NCBI RefSeq assembly: GCF_018350175.1
Contig: NC_058373.1
Coordinates: forward strand, 112,594,001-112,658,000
DNA length: 64,000 nucleotides
Direction of reading: 5' to 3'
Source of the DNA: Felis catus
Taxonomy: Eukaryota
This document shows positions 27,152 through 40,678 of the stretch, piece by piece. The position numbers and the translations under genes were made by a program. A model generated the notes under the pieces. It had not been told where the DNA came from and did not search any database. It saw only the letters and a program-made list of their open reading frames with translations. Numbering within the stretch: position 1 is the stretch's first letter; each line of letters opens with the position of its first letter.

Positions 27152-27274
27152 TTTAAATAGAAAAAAAAGTGAATGTCAGAGCATAAGAGATACTACATGC
27201 TAAACAGAGATCTTTCTCTAACGTTTAAAAATAAGGAAAATTATTAATAAGTTACAGTCCTATTTTTTACCCTT

Positions 27275-27492
27275 TTTAAATTTTTTTAAACTTTTTTAAT
27301 GTTTATTTTGAGAGAGAGACAGAGAGTGAGCAGGGGAGGGACAGAGAAGGGGGGAGACACAGAATCCAAAGTAGGCTCCAGGCTCTGAGCTGCCAGCACA
27401 GAGCCCAACGCAGGGCTTGAACCCACAAACTGTCAGATTGTGACCTGGGCCCAAAGTTGGACACTTAACCGACTGAGCCACCCAGGCACCCC
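27275..27492 (-). mobile_element. CAN-SINE
   Basis: Reverse body ending gactgagccacccaggcacccc. Confidence 0.94.
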
Positions 27493-28120
27493 TACTCTCT
27501 TTTTAAACCTTAGACACGGTTGAGCCACTGCTCAGAAAGATCAGGATATTAGCACTATTATATTACCTATCCTCTTCATACCTCCAAGTGTCTGGTTATT
27601 ATATAGTTATAAAAACAAAATCTTTATCAAACAATATCCAACCTTCACACCAAAATTATTTCACAAACCATTGCAGATGTGTGGAAAGAAAGATAAAGTT
27701 ATTCCAGACTATCAGATCTGGACAGACTTAAACAGAGAAAAATGGAAAAATAAAAAAACCAGAGTCCATTTATAATCTTTATTGGAATGCTCTGTTTTTC
27801 CCTCTGAGATTTTATCAAATATCCAACATTAGACTTTTTTATAAGCTAATTTCTGATATTTCCTGTGTTTCATTTTTTATTCATTTATTTTAAAAATTTG
27901 ATGCTTTCCTTATTTTTATACTGCATAAAATAAATACAGAAATAGCAATGTGCTTTGATCAATAGTAAATATGTTCCATGAATTGTGCTTCAGAATTTCG
28001 TGTTGATTGCTGAAATAAATGTGTGTTTCTTCACTGGTATATAAAGTATTTGAGTATGTGGATGTTTTGAGTGGGCAGGTAAGTTCTTCTTCATGTGACA
28101 ATACTATTGTTTTCTTCCAG

Positions 28121-28213
28121 GAAACCCTGATAGATTGGTGTGATGAAAAGGAACTTAATTTGATATTAACAACTGGAGGAACAGGGTTTGCACCACGAGA
28201 TGTCACTCCAGAG
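28121..28213 (+). CDS. GPHN: Gephyrin constitutive G-domain exon (exon 4 in human canonical numbering, from memory), 93 nt, phase 0/0, [31 protein letters not shown]
   Basis: Acceptor attgttttcttccag|GAA and donor GAG|gtgaga. The translation matches mammalian gephyrin residues ~68-98 and contains the MogA/Cnx1G signature TGGTGxxxRDVTPE. Confidence 0.98.
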
Positions 28214-29098
28214 GTGAGATAGTCTGTGCCTTTCTTTTTTCAAGGAGTAGGCTATTCATTTTATTTTTCATCTTTTTTACTATGTTTTATATTACTTTTA
28301 TAATGTTGCTAGGCAGAACAGAAGACCTGTGGTTCTAAGAATGTAAAAACTGTTCTGTGGAAGCATTGTTATATAAAAAATGTTTTCTGACTACTTTTCT
28401 TTGGACTTATACTAGACATGATATAAAATGAGGAAGATTGAACTGGTCCAGAAAGTAATTTTGCATTTGTTCAGTGGACTGTGATATAAGCTGAACTTCA
28501 GACATATTGCCAAAGGAGGTGATAGCAGAACTCTGATTCTTAGCATGGCATCTGGTCTAATGTGTTTTGTTAATGTAATTCAAAATGTATCTTATATCTC
28601 TGTTCTTCAGATACCCTTGTCATTGGTCTCAAAGCACAGGAAATTGTGATAGAATACATATACCAAATTTATAGTACTTTTGAAGAGAAAGGGTTACATA
28701 TTCCATAATTTTAATATGAATTTAAATGCAGAATTTAATAAGCCAAAGCAGAATTAATATCTAGGCTTTATGCCACAAGAATCACCTTAAACCTTTGCAT
28801 AAGTAGAAAAATTAAGGGAGAAAATGAAGAGTAGGCAGTGCTCAGTGATACAGGAGAAAGAGTATTTTTTCTTTTTAGGGAAGCCATAAACCTCAGAGTC
28901 ATATGCAAACTTATATCACCACTTGTGATATTGTTTTCTTTACCTCCCAAAAAAATGTTTGCTGGCTGAATTTCAACTTAATATTAAGTACGTCCTTCTA
29001 TTTTCAAACCAGAACACAATTTTATCTACTGTTTACTTAACAGCAAGATACTTTTACTCTGCATCTATTAAATATTTACTGTCCTTCTTACTCTACTG

Positions 29099-29285
29099 TA
29101 GTGGTTTTCAGACTTTAGCCTGCACCACAGTCAAGCTGAGGATTTATCAAAACAGATTATTGGACCCACCCACAGAGTTTCTGATTTAGTAAATCTGCAG
29201 TGGGTCCCAAGAATTTGTATTTCTAACAAGGTGATGCAGATGTTGCTGGTCTACAGATCATACTTTCAGACTTTGAAAACCACTG
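29099..29285. mobile_element. hAT-Charlie MITE (MER5A-like)
   Basis: Terminal inverted repeats agtggttttca / tgaaaaccactg; internal agagtttctgatttagta...aagaatttgtatttctaacaag. Confidence 0.8.
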
Positions 29286-29899
29286 TTCTAGGATATGAAA
29301 ATGGACATTTTTTTAAACAAAGTGTAAAATATTTACTGTTCTTCTATGTAAAAATCGTGACAGAATTTTTTGGATATTATTCTAATTTTAGACTTATAAA
29401 TAAAATGGTTTGCTTTTAAAGCAATCAGAATAGAGTTATACTGGGAAGTTGTTAATTTCAACTTGCTCAGAAAAGAAATCATTCTTACATAATTAGTTTA
29501 GCTTCTGAATCTTATGGAGAAATGGTCCTTTGGCCAATTCTTACATTTCTTTTAAACTGTGAGACCAACTTAAAAAGTACAATTGAAGGGAAGCCATCTC
29601 CTATAGAGGTGTGTCTGTGTTTTGTTTGTAAGAAAATTGCATACATATGTGAAGACCTTGATTTTTGGAGTTTGTTGTGTTAAGTATTTGAAGTAAATGG
29701 CCTTGGGTTTATATGTCCCTGTTTTTTGTGTGATGGTTTGAGATTTTCATACTATTTATTTTTATTACAGAAAAAACAGAAAAAAATTACTATAGAATTT
29801 ATATCAGATAACAACATTGTTTTTAATTGGGAGGGAATGCTTTGCACACAAAGTTAAGTATTTTGTTTTCTGTGGAGTGTCAAGTTAATACCAAAGTGC

Positions 29900-30085
29900 T
29901 AGGTTGAAAATGTAAACCTTTGAATTTTGGCTCTGCTACTAACAGGGTGACCATAGACTAATTACTGAACTACTCTGTGCCTCAGTTTCCTATAAAGTGA
30001 GGTAAACGAAAGTACCTACCTACTGGGAGCTGTGAGGATCCAGTGAGAACTATTTCTGGCATTTTAGTAAGTGCTGTATATGCAA
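29900..30085 (+). mobile_element. MIR
   Basis: ggctctgctactaac...ctctgtgcctcagtttcct...gtacctacct core. Confidence 0.75.
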
Positions 30086-30458
30086 GGATTAACTTATAAG
30101 GGTTAGTTTTTTTATTATTATTATTAGTTGCTACATAAACACTAAGTGGACAAATTTGGTAGTATTTTTTTGTATGTAACTACCAAAAGGACGAAAACAG
30201 TGTTATGGTAGATTTAAAGTGTATCGATGAAACCTTTATAATCTTGTTAAATTATTTTTTGAATTTTGATATAGTAAGCTTCATATTTTATCTTTCTCAT
30301 CTTCATGTGAAATAGAGGTTTAAACTTCTACCATTTTAATATTTGTCTATCCCATCCATTTTTTTAGTGCCATTAATTGACAAGAGTCTCTTTCCCTGAC
30401 CTTGTATGTCTCATTATATCCGAAATTAAGAAACCTTTATCCTTAAATGAAGTCTTTT

Positions 30459-30664
30459 TTTTTTAACATTTATTTATTTTTTGAGACAGAGAGAGAGCAT
30501 GAACAGGGGAGGGCCAGAGAAAGAGGGAGACACAGAATCTGAAACAGGCTCCAGGCTCTGAACTGTCAGCACAGAGCCCGACGCGAGGCTCGAACCCAGG
30601 GACCGCGAGACCATGACCTGAGCCGAAGTCGGACGCTTAACCGACTGAGCCACCCAGGCGCCCC
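30459..30664 (-). mobile_element. CAN-SINE
   Basis: TSD ttaaatgaagtctttt at 30443-30458 and 30665-30680. Confidence 0.97.
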
Positions 30665-30711
30665 TTAAATGAAGTCTTTTAGTTAACTTAAAATCTTAGA
30701 GATGTTTTTTA

Positions 30712-30739
30712 AATATATTTTTTAATATTTATTTATTTT

Positions 30740-30772
<33 letters not shown>

Positions 30773-30952
30773 CATGTGCACACACATGCATGCGTGACCA
30801 GGAGAGGGGCTGAGAGAGAGGGAGAGAGACTCATAGCTGACAGCTGTCAGCACAGAACCCACATCAGGGCTCAATCTCACAAACCATCAGACCATGACCT
30901 GAGCTAAAATCAACAGTCAGTTTCTTAACCAAGTGAGTCATCCAGGTGCCCC
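30712..30952 (-). mobile_element. Older CAN-SINE with expanded (GA)n
   Basis: Reverse body; degenerate TSD starting cttagag on both sides. Confidence 0.9.
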
Positions 30953-32129
30953 TTAGAGGTGCTCTTAAATTCTTATATGTGCCTATAACAACTACCTGTG
31001 TAGAGCTGTATTAGGGTGGTTTTTTTTTTAATGAGTTAAAAATATACTTAAATAAGGCTTTTTAATATCTTTTTTTTGAGAATAGGTAACTTAGCTGATT
31101 GTAAATATCTTGATTCTTAATAGGTTCACTTTACTACATATCTTTTTTGCATATACATATGGTATGATTATCTACAGCAAAGTCCTTAGAACTGTTATGC
31201 CTTTGAAAAATAAACAAACATGAAAGCAATGTAAGGCCAACCAGAAATAATTCTACTGATTTCCCATTTTCTCTACACACTTTAATACTTGCCATTCTTC
31301 TGATATCTAAAAGACAACACAGGAATATCTTCTAGGAATCCATAAATATAATTTGAGTTCTGTCATAACACAGTTATTTGTCTTTAACATGTCTTAGATA
31401 GTTGTGCCTGAAAAATGAAGTAACTATTTCTAGACTACATTTAACTATGTACAGTTTACAGTTGCAAAACTTTTTAAATAGTGAGAAGTTGTAGAAAACA
31501 CAAATATTAATTATTAAGGTAAAATAATAAAACTTCTCTATTAAGGTACTAATGTTTTATAGTCAGTAATTGACAATTGGCTTAATCTACAAACACAAAG
31601 GACAAGTGTTTGTGGAATATGTGTGTTGTTAGGGAAAAAACTGGATTCCTCCAAAACTGGATAAATGAAATAAAGCAATCTAAACTTAGTGTCAGTGGGT
31701 ATGAACCCAAGAGAACATGAAAAGTTTATAGACTTGGGTTTCTTCCCAAGTATATTAAAAGAAAAGTGGAATAGCAAGTTTAGTAAAGTATGTCCTGTTT
31801 CCTTTGTTCATATATAGAAATAAGAATTGATTTTCCTAAATTATGAGATTGTTTCTATTTTTAGGCCCTGTGGCTTAGAATATGATTCATCTGATATTTA
31901 CATGCTGGCTGACCTGCTCCCTGCCTCTAATAAATATGAGATACTATCAAAGCTTATATATAATAGCATAATAATCTACTCCCTTCAACTTTTTAGACTT
32001 TTATTTTGATGTGAAAATCTTCATTTTTTAAGAATAATTTTTATTTTCTCTGATCTGACAAAGGTTGGATAATCTGTTGGCATTGGTGAATGCTAGTAAT
32101 TATAAAATTCCATAGAACTTAAGAATTCA

Positions 32130-32377
32130 GGGTTGCCTGTGTGACTCAGTCAGTTAAAGCGTCAACCCTTGGTTTTGGCTCAGGTCATGATCTCACGGTT
32201 TGTGAGTTTCAGCCCCACGTTAGACTCTGCGCTGGTAGCATGGAACCTGCTTGGGATTCTCTCCCTCACCCCCTCCCTCTCGCTCTCCTTCTCTCTCTGA
32301 CACTCCCCCACTCACTAATGAGTGAGCATGAGTACATGCTCTTCCCCCACTCACTAAATAAATAAACATTTTTTAAA
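32130..32377 (+). mobile_element. CAN-SINE
   Basis: TSD agaac(t/a)taagaattca. Confidence 0.93.
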
Positions 32378-32873
32378 AGAACATAAGAATTCATTCCTGT
32401 ATAAAGCATTATCTCATCATGTCCCATTATCAGTTGAAAACAACTTATGTCCAAAATAGAAATTGTTATTTATTTTTATTTTTTTATTATTATTTTTTTG
32501 AAATTGTTAAAGAATCTTATTATTCGTAAAAAGTATAATTAAGGACATATTACTGAGGGCAAGCCCTTTTTTACACATAAATTCTAGAAGAGAATAAAAG
32601 ATCAAGAAGCATTAAAAAATGTGTATATATAATTAACAAGCAATTTTTGATGACATGTTATGGTAAATTAGAAAATGTTAAATTATTTAATATAATTTAA
32701 GTATATATAAATATATATATTTAAACAGAAGCCCAGCATACATCTTAGTTCTCATTCATTCATCACTTTTTATTTTTAATCCTTAATATGTATGCATTGC
32801 CATACTTGCTGGGTGCTGGAGTTAAAAAATGAATAAGGCATGTTCCTTATTCTTAAGAATTCTAAATATGTTA

Positions 32874-33225
32874 CAGGAGTCAGCAAATGAGGCATATAGG
32901 CCAAATCCAGCCTGCCTTTTTGTTTTGGTTTCATTTGGTTTGGTTTTTGTATGTGGCTTGTAAGCTAAGAATGGATTTTGTATTTTTAAATGGCTGAAAA
33001 AATCAAAAGGAGAATAGTATTTTGTGGCACATGAAAATTATTTGAAGTTTAAGTTTCAGTGTCCTTTATAAATGAAGTTTTTTTGGAACACAGCTACACT
33101 CATTCCTTTGTGTATTGCATGTGGCTACAGCAGCAGAGTTAATATTTGCAACCAAAACCTTATAGCCTGCAAAGCCTAAAATATTTACCATCTGACCTTT
33201 TGCAGAAAAAGTTTGTCAACCCCTG
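32874..33225. mobile_element. hAT-Charlie MITE (MER58B-like)
   Basis: TIRs caggagtcagcaaa / tttgtcaacccctg; ~350 bp; internal aagctaagaatgg and ttggaacacagc. Confidence 0.85.
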
Positions 33226-34734
33226 GTCTATTGGATGACAATGTCATCTTTACTCACATATTTTAGGGACTTTTTTAAAAATTGATTTTTATCTTTTTCT
33301 CTTTAGTAATCTGAAATGATACTGGGTTTCATTTCTTAAATGTTTAATTTTAGAAGGAGCAAAGAAAAATGCTTTTCTGCCATAATGAAGTATATTGCCA
33401 CATTGTCTCAATATACAGTATAACATAAGTAAAAGATCCCTTATTCTAAAAATATATAAATTTTGAACTTCTAAACTGATCAAAGTAATGGATTTATTAT
33501 ACATTAAATAAAATCTCTTAAAAATTTTTCGAACTGTTGTTCTTAGCAGTACCTTCTAACAAGTGTCCTGATATAATTGGTCATGATGAAATAATCAAGC
33601 AAAAGGAGAAATAGCAAAAATTGCAGGAAACTATAAATTTTGATATAAGGGATATTCATTTAAAAGGATTCTTATGGTTCATTATGAAATTGAAGAAGCA
33701 TCTGACAAAATGACCAGTGCTGAAGGGAACAGAATACTGAAAATTTGGTACAAAGGATGTTTTTCTAGGAAAAGATTATGAATTCTAGAAGGCATATTCT
33801 GTTTATAGTCTATAGTATTTATATTTCTTTGGAACAAATTACTATCTAATCCTTTCTACAAATATTTTCCACTTAAGTTATTAGAAATTTTTTCACAAAA
33901 ATCTCAAATCAATTTTTTTTTATAAAATTTGTTTTATAATCAACTTGTCAGAATTCATGTATTTCATCATTTTAGGTGTGAGTGTATTGTAAGCCAGCTA
34001 TCATTTTATGCAGTCATTAGCCATTTTTCTTTCTTGATTATAATGCTTCAAAAATAACAGTACTCTGTAAGTAAAATGAAGGAGACATCCTTGACCTGAG
34101 TTACTGACTATACATTAATGATTCTCAATTTGTGACTTGTGAAAATCAGTGAGAACTGACATTTAACAGCTTCACCTAAAACTTAACATCAGACATTTTG
34201 ACAAAAAAATTCCTGTATTATACCAAAAAATATCATATCTAATAATTTCTGCTTTCGAAAGAAAATTTAATCACTAACACAGGTTGATTAAATTATATCG
34301 TTTTCAAGTATATATGATACTCTTCAGGAAACATGGGTTATTTCCCTGGAAAAATATCATATACTGATATTCTAAAACTCTATGAATATTAGAGTTTATT
34401 TTGTAGTGCTATGATTGTTTTTTACTAAAATAAAATACCTTTCGTATGTGCTAAAGCTAAATATAATCGTATTGAACTAGGATTTTGAGTTTCTTAAAAT
34501 TGTTCTGTATCAACAGGGTAACTGAACAATATGAAATTGATAAAGCAGAATATCAGAAACCCTTGCACTTGAAACATTTCAAACTAGATTGAATAAAATA
34601 TATCACTCTTCTGTGGTCAGATATGGCTGTAATTTATGCCATTTTAATCTCTTCCTTTAATTTTTATGAAATAGCCCAGGACATAAGAAATATGTTTCCA
34701 TGTCTTTGTCTTAACATGTTGGGATACGCTAACA

Positions 34735-35142
34735 CCATAGAGTCAGATAGACCTGAATTTAAATCCCAACTCTACCACTGTGAAATTAAGGCAAATTAAC
34801 ATGTTCAAACTTCACTCTTTTCATTTACTAAATTAGCTAATGCCTACCTCTCAAGGTTGTTGTTTCTAGTGGTTGAGATAATAAAGGTAACCAATAATAA
34901 TAACTAACATTTATATATAGCACTTACTATGTGTTAGCAGCTGTTTTAAGCATATGTTAATTAATTTAGTCTTCAAAATAACCATACGAGGTATGTGGTT
35001 TACATCTATTTTATAGATGGAGAAACTGAGACACAGATCAATTAATTGACTTGTCCAGGGTTATCCAAACTAGTGACAATAATGCATGTAAAATGATCTA
35101 GTATAAAACCTGGCACCTTTGTAGATGTTTGGTAAATGTTTA
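34735..35142. mobile_element. MIR (+) with an antisense MIR nested at ~34890-35075
   Basis: agagtcagatagacctgaatttaaatccc... is interrupted by reverse core ttttatagatggagaaactgagacacaga, then the + MIR resumes (aatgcatgtaaaatg...cctggcac). Confidence 0.7.
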
Positions 35143-37416
35143 TTTTTTTCTTACCTTTTTCTTCCTCAATTAATATTATCTATTACTTCCAATTAGATTT
35201 GACAGCCTCAAATATTTCTCCTACTAACCCTTGTACCTCAGGTATCTATTGTTAGCTACTAACATACCTCATGGATAGTCTAAAAAATAAAGATATCAGT
35301 CAGCATTTCCCCACTACTACTTTCAGGCATGAGACAAAGGAATAAGATTAAGAATTTTTATAGTGTAAATGATATGAGGAATGCGGAGTATTAGTGCAGT
35401 TGCGTTAAGTACCTCTTTATATCCTACCTGAACCTGTTTATTTTGTTTAGGTCCCTAATTCCTCTGTAGTTTAAACGTCTTGGAATTTGGCTTGAAAAAG
35501 CTGAGATATATGAGATTCAGGGTAGCTTTTTCATAATAGCTCACTTCATTCTGGGGTTTATAATTATTCTGCAGTATCCATTAAAAAGCAGTATATGTCT
35601 CAGAGCATAGGCATATTTAGGAGCTACCAGTTTGCTAAAAACTAAAGTGTTTATAGCTTTTCTTAGTTTAACAAGTATTATTTTAACAAGTAATAGTTTA
35701 ACAAGTATTTATCAAGCACCTTGAGCTTCACTGAGTGAGTGCTAATGTACATGTACTCCCCAAATAGTCACCTGACAAATCAAGACACTATAAATCTAGT
35801 ATCGAAATGTTCAGCCAGAAGATTTCTTTAAAGAGGGCGATTAAGAGAAAGCTAATTAATCAGTAAAAATTTTGTACAAGTAGAATTTAAGCTAAAATTG
35901 AAGGAGAGAAATAGGATTCAGATTAGGAAAGAAGAGGACATTACTAATGGGAATAAAGAAGAAAGGGAAATGTGTGATCAAACTACAGAGAAAGATAAAA
36001 TTAAGAAAATCTTCCTGGCTAGAGAAGAGGATTCATTTTACATAGAAGGATGGATAAACGAGACTTATGTTATTTTAATCTCTTTCTTAGAACATCTAGA
36101 GTAGCACCATCTGTAGAGATTAAAAACAGCAACTGTCCTTATGCCAAGATTCCTAAGAAGCCAGAATTCATAAGTCTACTATGAAGCAGTACACACAGTA
36201 AAATCATGACATCAAGGCTCTCTAAAAGTAGACCCTTTTGAGATGTCATTTATTCAAATACAGATCCACACATTCCTCAGTAGGACTAACTTCATTCTTT
36301 TTGAAGATTTTTGTTAATGTTTTTGTTTAGTTGTAAGTCCTAATTTAATTCACAGACCTAGTGACTATACGCACCATTATTTATAGATAAAACTGAAACT
36401 GCTGTGAAGCACCAAGTTCCAGTTTTTTGATTTATTGTTTGGAAACCATTTCAGTCAATGTTTATCTTACCATCAACACAATCAAGGAATATTTTCTTAT
36501 GGATTTCATCAGTAATTTGTCTCAAGTTAGCTTAGTGTTTTATATAAAATTACAAACTATATAAAAAATAGGTAAATCATGGTATCTCAGAGTTTGAGGA
36601 GAATTCAAAGGCCATTGTGTTCAAAGTCCTAGTCCCCTTTTCATCATTCCCAACCTTTGTCTGAACATCTCAATCACTACTTCTTCCATCTGGGAGTTTG
36701 TTGGTTTTGCAATTCTAATTGTTTGAAAGTCCAAACATGTCACACTGAAACCTGGCACCTTATAATTTCCTAATCAGTGTTTCCAAGTCTTTTCTGCAAT
36801 GTACTAAAGAAGGTAAATTCCTTTTTACATGATAATTCTAATATTTGAAGGTAAATGTTACATTTTCCTCTTAAGTCCACATTCTTTTGTAGATTTTCTT
36901 TGCATTCATTTGTTTCCATTAGATACAAACTTTCCCAAGACATTCAACCTCTATTTCACTTATACATTATAAAGAAAAACTCCTTGGTATAATTGTACCA
37001 GGGGAAAGGTAAAGGTACAAAATTCAATCATTTAGATAAGGTAATTAAGGCAATAAGTGACATTGAATTTAAAACTATTATGTTGAAAGTCTCCTAGTCC
37101 ACATAAAATCAATACAAAGGGAAAAACACATTGCTCCTCAAGGTCAGAATTTTAGAATTTTGAGCATAAAACAAAAACAAAAATTTCATATATGAAGAAC
37201 CCATATATAAAATGCTGTCTTCATTCCCTTGATTATATTTCTTAATTGCATGCCTACTCTGTATCAGAATATGTACCCAGCTTTTGGGGGCCCTTATGAA
37301 GCAGAGAGATGCTATCAATAAAACATACAAATAAATACAAATATATTTATTATGGAAAATTCTGTATCTAATTAGAGCTCTTACTAGAAAAGCAGTGTTG
37401 CCCACATAACCATTTG

Positions 37417-37630
37417 TGAGGCAGCATAACATAGTAGTTAAGAGCACAGACTACTTGAGTTTGAATCCTAGATCTACCTTTTACTAGTATATGACCTTAT
37501 ACAACTTACTTACCTTCCTATAGAAAGAATAAAACTCCTTCCTTATAGGATAGTTATATTATGTGAATTAACATAAGTAAAACACGAAAAAATATTTATT
37601 TGCTACATAAATATTTGCTGTTATCACCTA
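37417..37630 (+). mobile_element. MIR
   Basis: gaggcagcataacatagtagttaagagcacagact...tttgaatcctag head. Confidence 0.75.
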
Positions 37631-39413
37631 CAATATAAAGAGCTGTAGCTTAAAAATAAGTAGATGATGGTTGAATAAATATTGAAAGAATTTTTCTCCA
37701 GGGAAAAAAATTAAGCAAGATAGGACGTAAAATATACACTGATGTAACTGTGGGAAAGGAAAGAAATAGAGATGACATGCTAAATGTTGATTTTTACCTT
37801 GAATTTATCAGAGTGATAAAATCTTGAAATCATCTTTCTAACTTACCATTACAAGGCTACTGTCATAAAATGGCAGATGCTGGCATAGCAGAATACTTTA
37901 GTTTTACAAAATATATACTAAGACAATGACAAAAAAAAATCATTCAATATTTTACAAATATAAAATGCCCAAAGCATATTTATCTAGAGATATAGTTACA
38001 GGAAAGAAGTTTTTAGGATATCCCTTTCTTCATTGTCTGGTCAAGAATATAGATTCATCTCTCTGTGTTAGACCTCCATTTAGACTTAATGTTGCTTTTC
38101 ACGCAAAATGTAATAAAATGACAACAAATGAATTTACACCTGTGAAGTCCTCTGAGCTTCTTGGAAACATACCATTGACATACCAACATATTGCCTACCA
38201 TAAAAAGAAACTGTTAGGGAGTCAGAAAGTGGACTCAGGTAACAAATAAACTATTTGGAATGATTCTAATAATTTTACCAGTATTATTTTCTTGTGTTAG
38301 AACTTGGAAAGAACACGGCTGCTATTAAAGAGTAGAGGACAAACGCCCAGTGGGAGGAGTAATCATTTCAGATAAGCATTAATGATTGACACATAAGTGA
38401 GAATTTAGGGGAAGAATCCAAATTCCTGTAAAAAATGCTGAGAAGATAGAAGCAGTAATGGTATTGAAAGGTTGGGTTTTGAAAATGAACTGTTGTCAGT
38501 TTCACAAAGATAACAATCCAAAAGAAGCAGTTGATTGTGCAGCAACGACCAACTGATGTAAGAGGACATAAATTATACTTCTTTATGAAGATTAAAGGTA
38601 GCATAGTAGTGGTGGATGTCATTGGTATAATTTAAGTGTTTCCCCCTCACCTTTTTCACCGCTTTCTGTAAGTTTGGTTGCAGCATATACTATATATAAT
38701 ATACTTGCATGTCATAATCCTTAGGGTGAAACTTTATGTAAGGAAAGATGAGTCAGGTGATTAGGAGGTGATTTTGAATAGAGTTTTGCAAATTTTTAAA
38801 ATACTTTTCGACAAAATGTAGACATTTGAACCAATGAGAAAATAACTATTAGTTTTGAATATTGTATAAATCCAATGGAGTCTTATTATAATGTGTTTCT
38901 CACTTGTAATGATTTAAGACTACAGTTATTTAGGAGACCCCATTATAACAAGGTCAGTTCAGTATGACCCCCATTGATGAGGTTCAAAAGAGATTCACAT
39001 CATGACAATTTCCCACTATAGTTAATCAGGGTATGTTAAACAGGGTTTTAGTTAATTATGTGATACTTTGTTTTGAGCTCTATTTGTGGGCCCTATTTAC
39101 TTTCTTGTTCCCTTCCTTTTCGCCATTTTTAAGTCTTACTTATACTATGCTCTATCCCTTAAGATGAGGCTGCTTTATTGTGGGATAGATAGATGAATGA
39201 CTATTAATAGTCATTAATGTTATTTAATAACATTTAGAAGAATGAGAAGGTTACTTTTATATATGTGAAAGCAAATCCTAGTATAAATGTATCTTCCCTC
39301 CTAGGTGTATCTTGGGCAACAGCAGCAACAGTATTTAACAACAATGCTCTAGTTTAGTGTTGCTCAAAATTTAGTTATTACTCTTTGCCTTCTAAGTATA
39401 AAATACCTTTGGA

Positions 39414-39755
39414 CACGGGTCAGCAAATGTATTCTTTAGAGGTCCAGACAATAAATACTTTAGGCTTTGTGGGTTCTTTGTTCTCTGTCGTAACTACTCA
39501 ACTCTGCCAGCCCTGTAGCACAAAAGCCATCATAAGACAGTATAAATGAATGCACCTCATTGTGCCCCAGTAAAAATTTATTTATGGATACTGAAATTGG
39601 ATTTCATATAATTTTATCATGTCATGATATAAATATTACTATTCTAATTTTTTTTCAATTATTTAAAAATTCAAAGATCACTCTTAGATTGCAGGCAATG
39701 CAAAAAACAGGCAGCTAGCAGGATTTGTCCCATTGGCTATGATTTGCCAACCCCT
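39414..39755. mobile_element. hAT-Charlie MITE (MER58B-like), opposite orientation to the 32874 copy
   Basis: TIRs cacgggtcagcaaa / tttgccaacccct; internal aactactcaactctgcc and atttatggatactgaaat. Confidence 0.85.
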
Positions 39756-39871
39756 AAAGTGTGCTAGAATCTCCTCTGTTAATCAAAGGTTCATAGTATC
39801 TGAGCTTTCAGAAGAATGCTCTGAGAATTTAAGACAGAGAACAGAGATGCCCCACAAGAAATTAACACTTT

Positions 39872-40678
39872 GTAGATTCAATTATATCTTGAGTGCCTGC
39901 TGTATATATGCCAGACATTGTTCAAGATGCTGGGGATACAGCAGTAAACAAGGAAGTCATAAGTTTCTGCCTTTACGAAATTTACATTTTAGTGGGTGAC
40001 ACAAATATAAGTAAACAAGTAAGGTGTGTAATATTAGAGATGATATTAAGTACTGTGGATAAAAATAAACCAAGAAAGGTGAATAGGTAGCACAGCACAG
40101 GCAGGAAAGAGAGTTGTAATTTTAAAAAGGCCGTCAACGAAGGCCTTATTGGTACGGTGACATTTGAGCAAAGACATAAATGAGCAGAGGGAGCAAGCCA
40201 TGGATCATGTAGAATCTGTATGCCACCCTTAGGATAATGGAGAGTTTTGAGCAGAGACACTACATGATTGGACTTATATTTTAATAGGGAAATAATTTAG
40301 GAGACTATTGAAATAATCCAGGTGAAAAATGATAGTGACTTAGACCAATAATAGAGGTGAAAGTAGTGAGAAATACATTACTGATATATTTTGAAGGTAG
40401 AGATAACAGATAAAATAAGAGAAAGAGAGAAGTCAAGTATAATATCCAAGATTCTGACTTGGGCATTTGGAAAGATGGAGTTGCCATTTACTGAAATGGA
40501 GAAGGCTGTGGGAAGGGTAGATTTGATGAGGAACGTCAGTTTTAATTTGGTCATGGAAATGAACTATCCAAGTGGAGATGTTAAGTTGGCAGAGAAGTCT
40601 AGACTGGAGATACTATTTTTTTAAAGTCATCAGCATCTTGAGGGACTTAAAATCTGTGACGATTGATCAGATCACCAA
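39872..40678 (-). mobile_element. LINE-2 3' fragment
   Basis: tgagtgcctgctg...tgctggggatacagcagtaaacaag...gtgacatttgagcaaagac...ggagttgccatttactgaaatgg. Confidence 0.85.

Noticed and set aside
28019..28222. 67-aa ORF as a stand-alone gene
   Set aside because: It is the GPHN exon read in from intron sequence. Only 28121-28213 has splice signals and homology.
32874..39755. Two inverted MER58-like elements as ends of one composite transposon
   Set aside because: Each has its own pair of TIRs, no shared TSD was seen and there is no transposase between them. Independent insertions.
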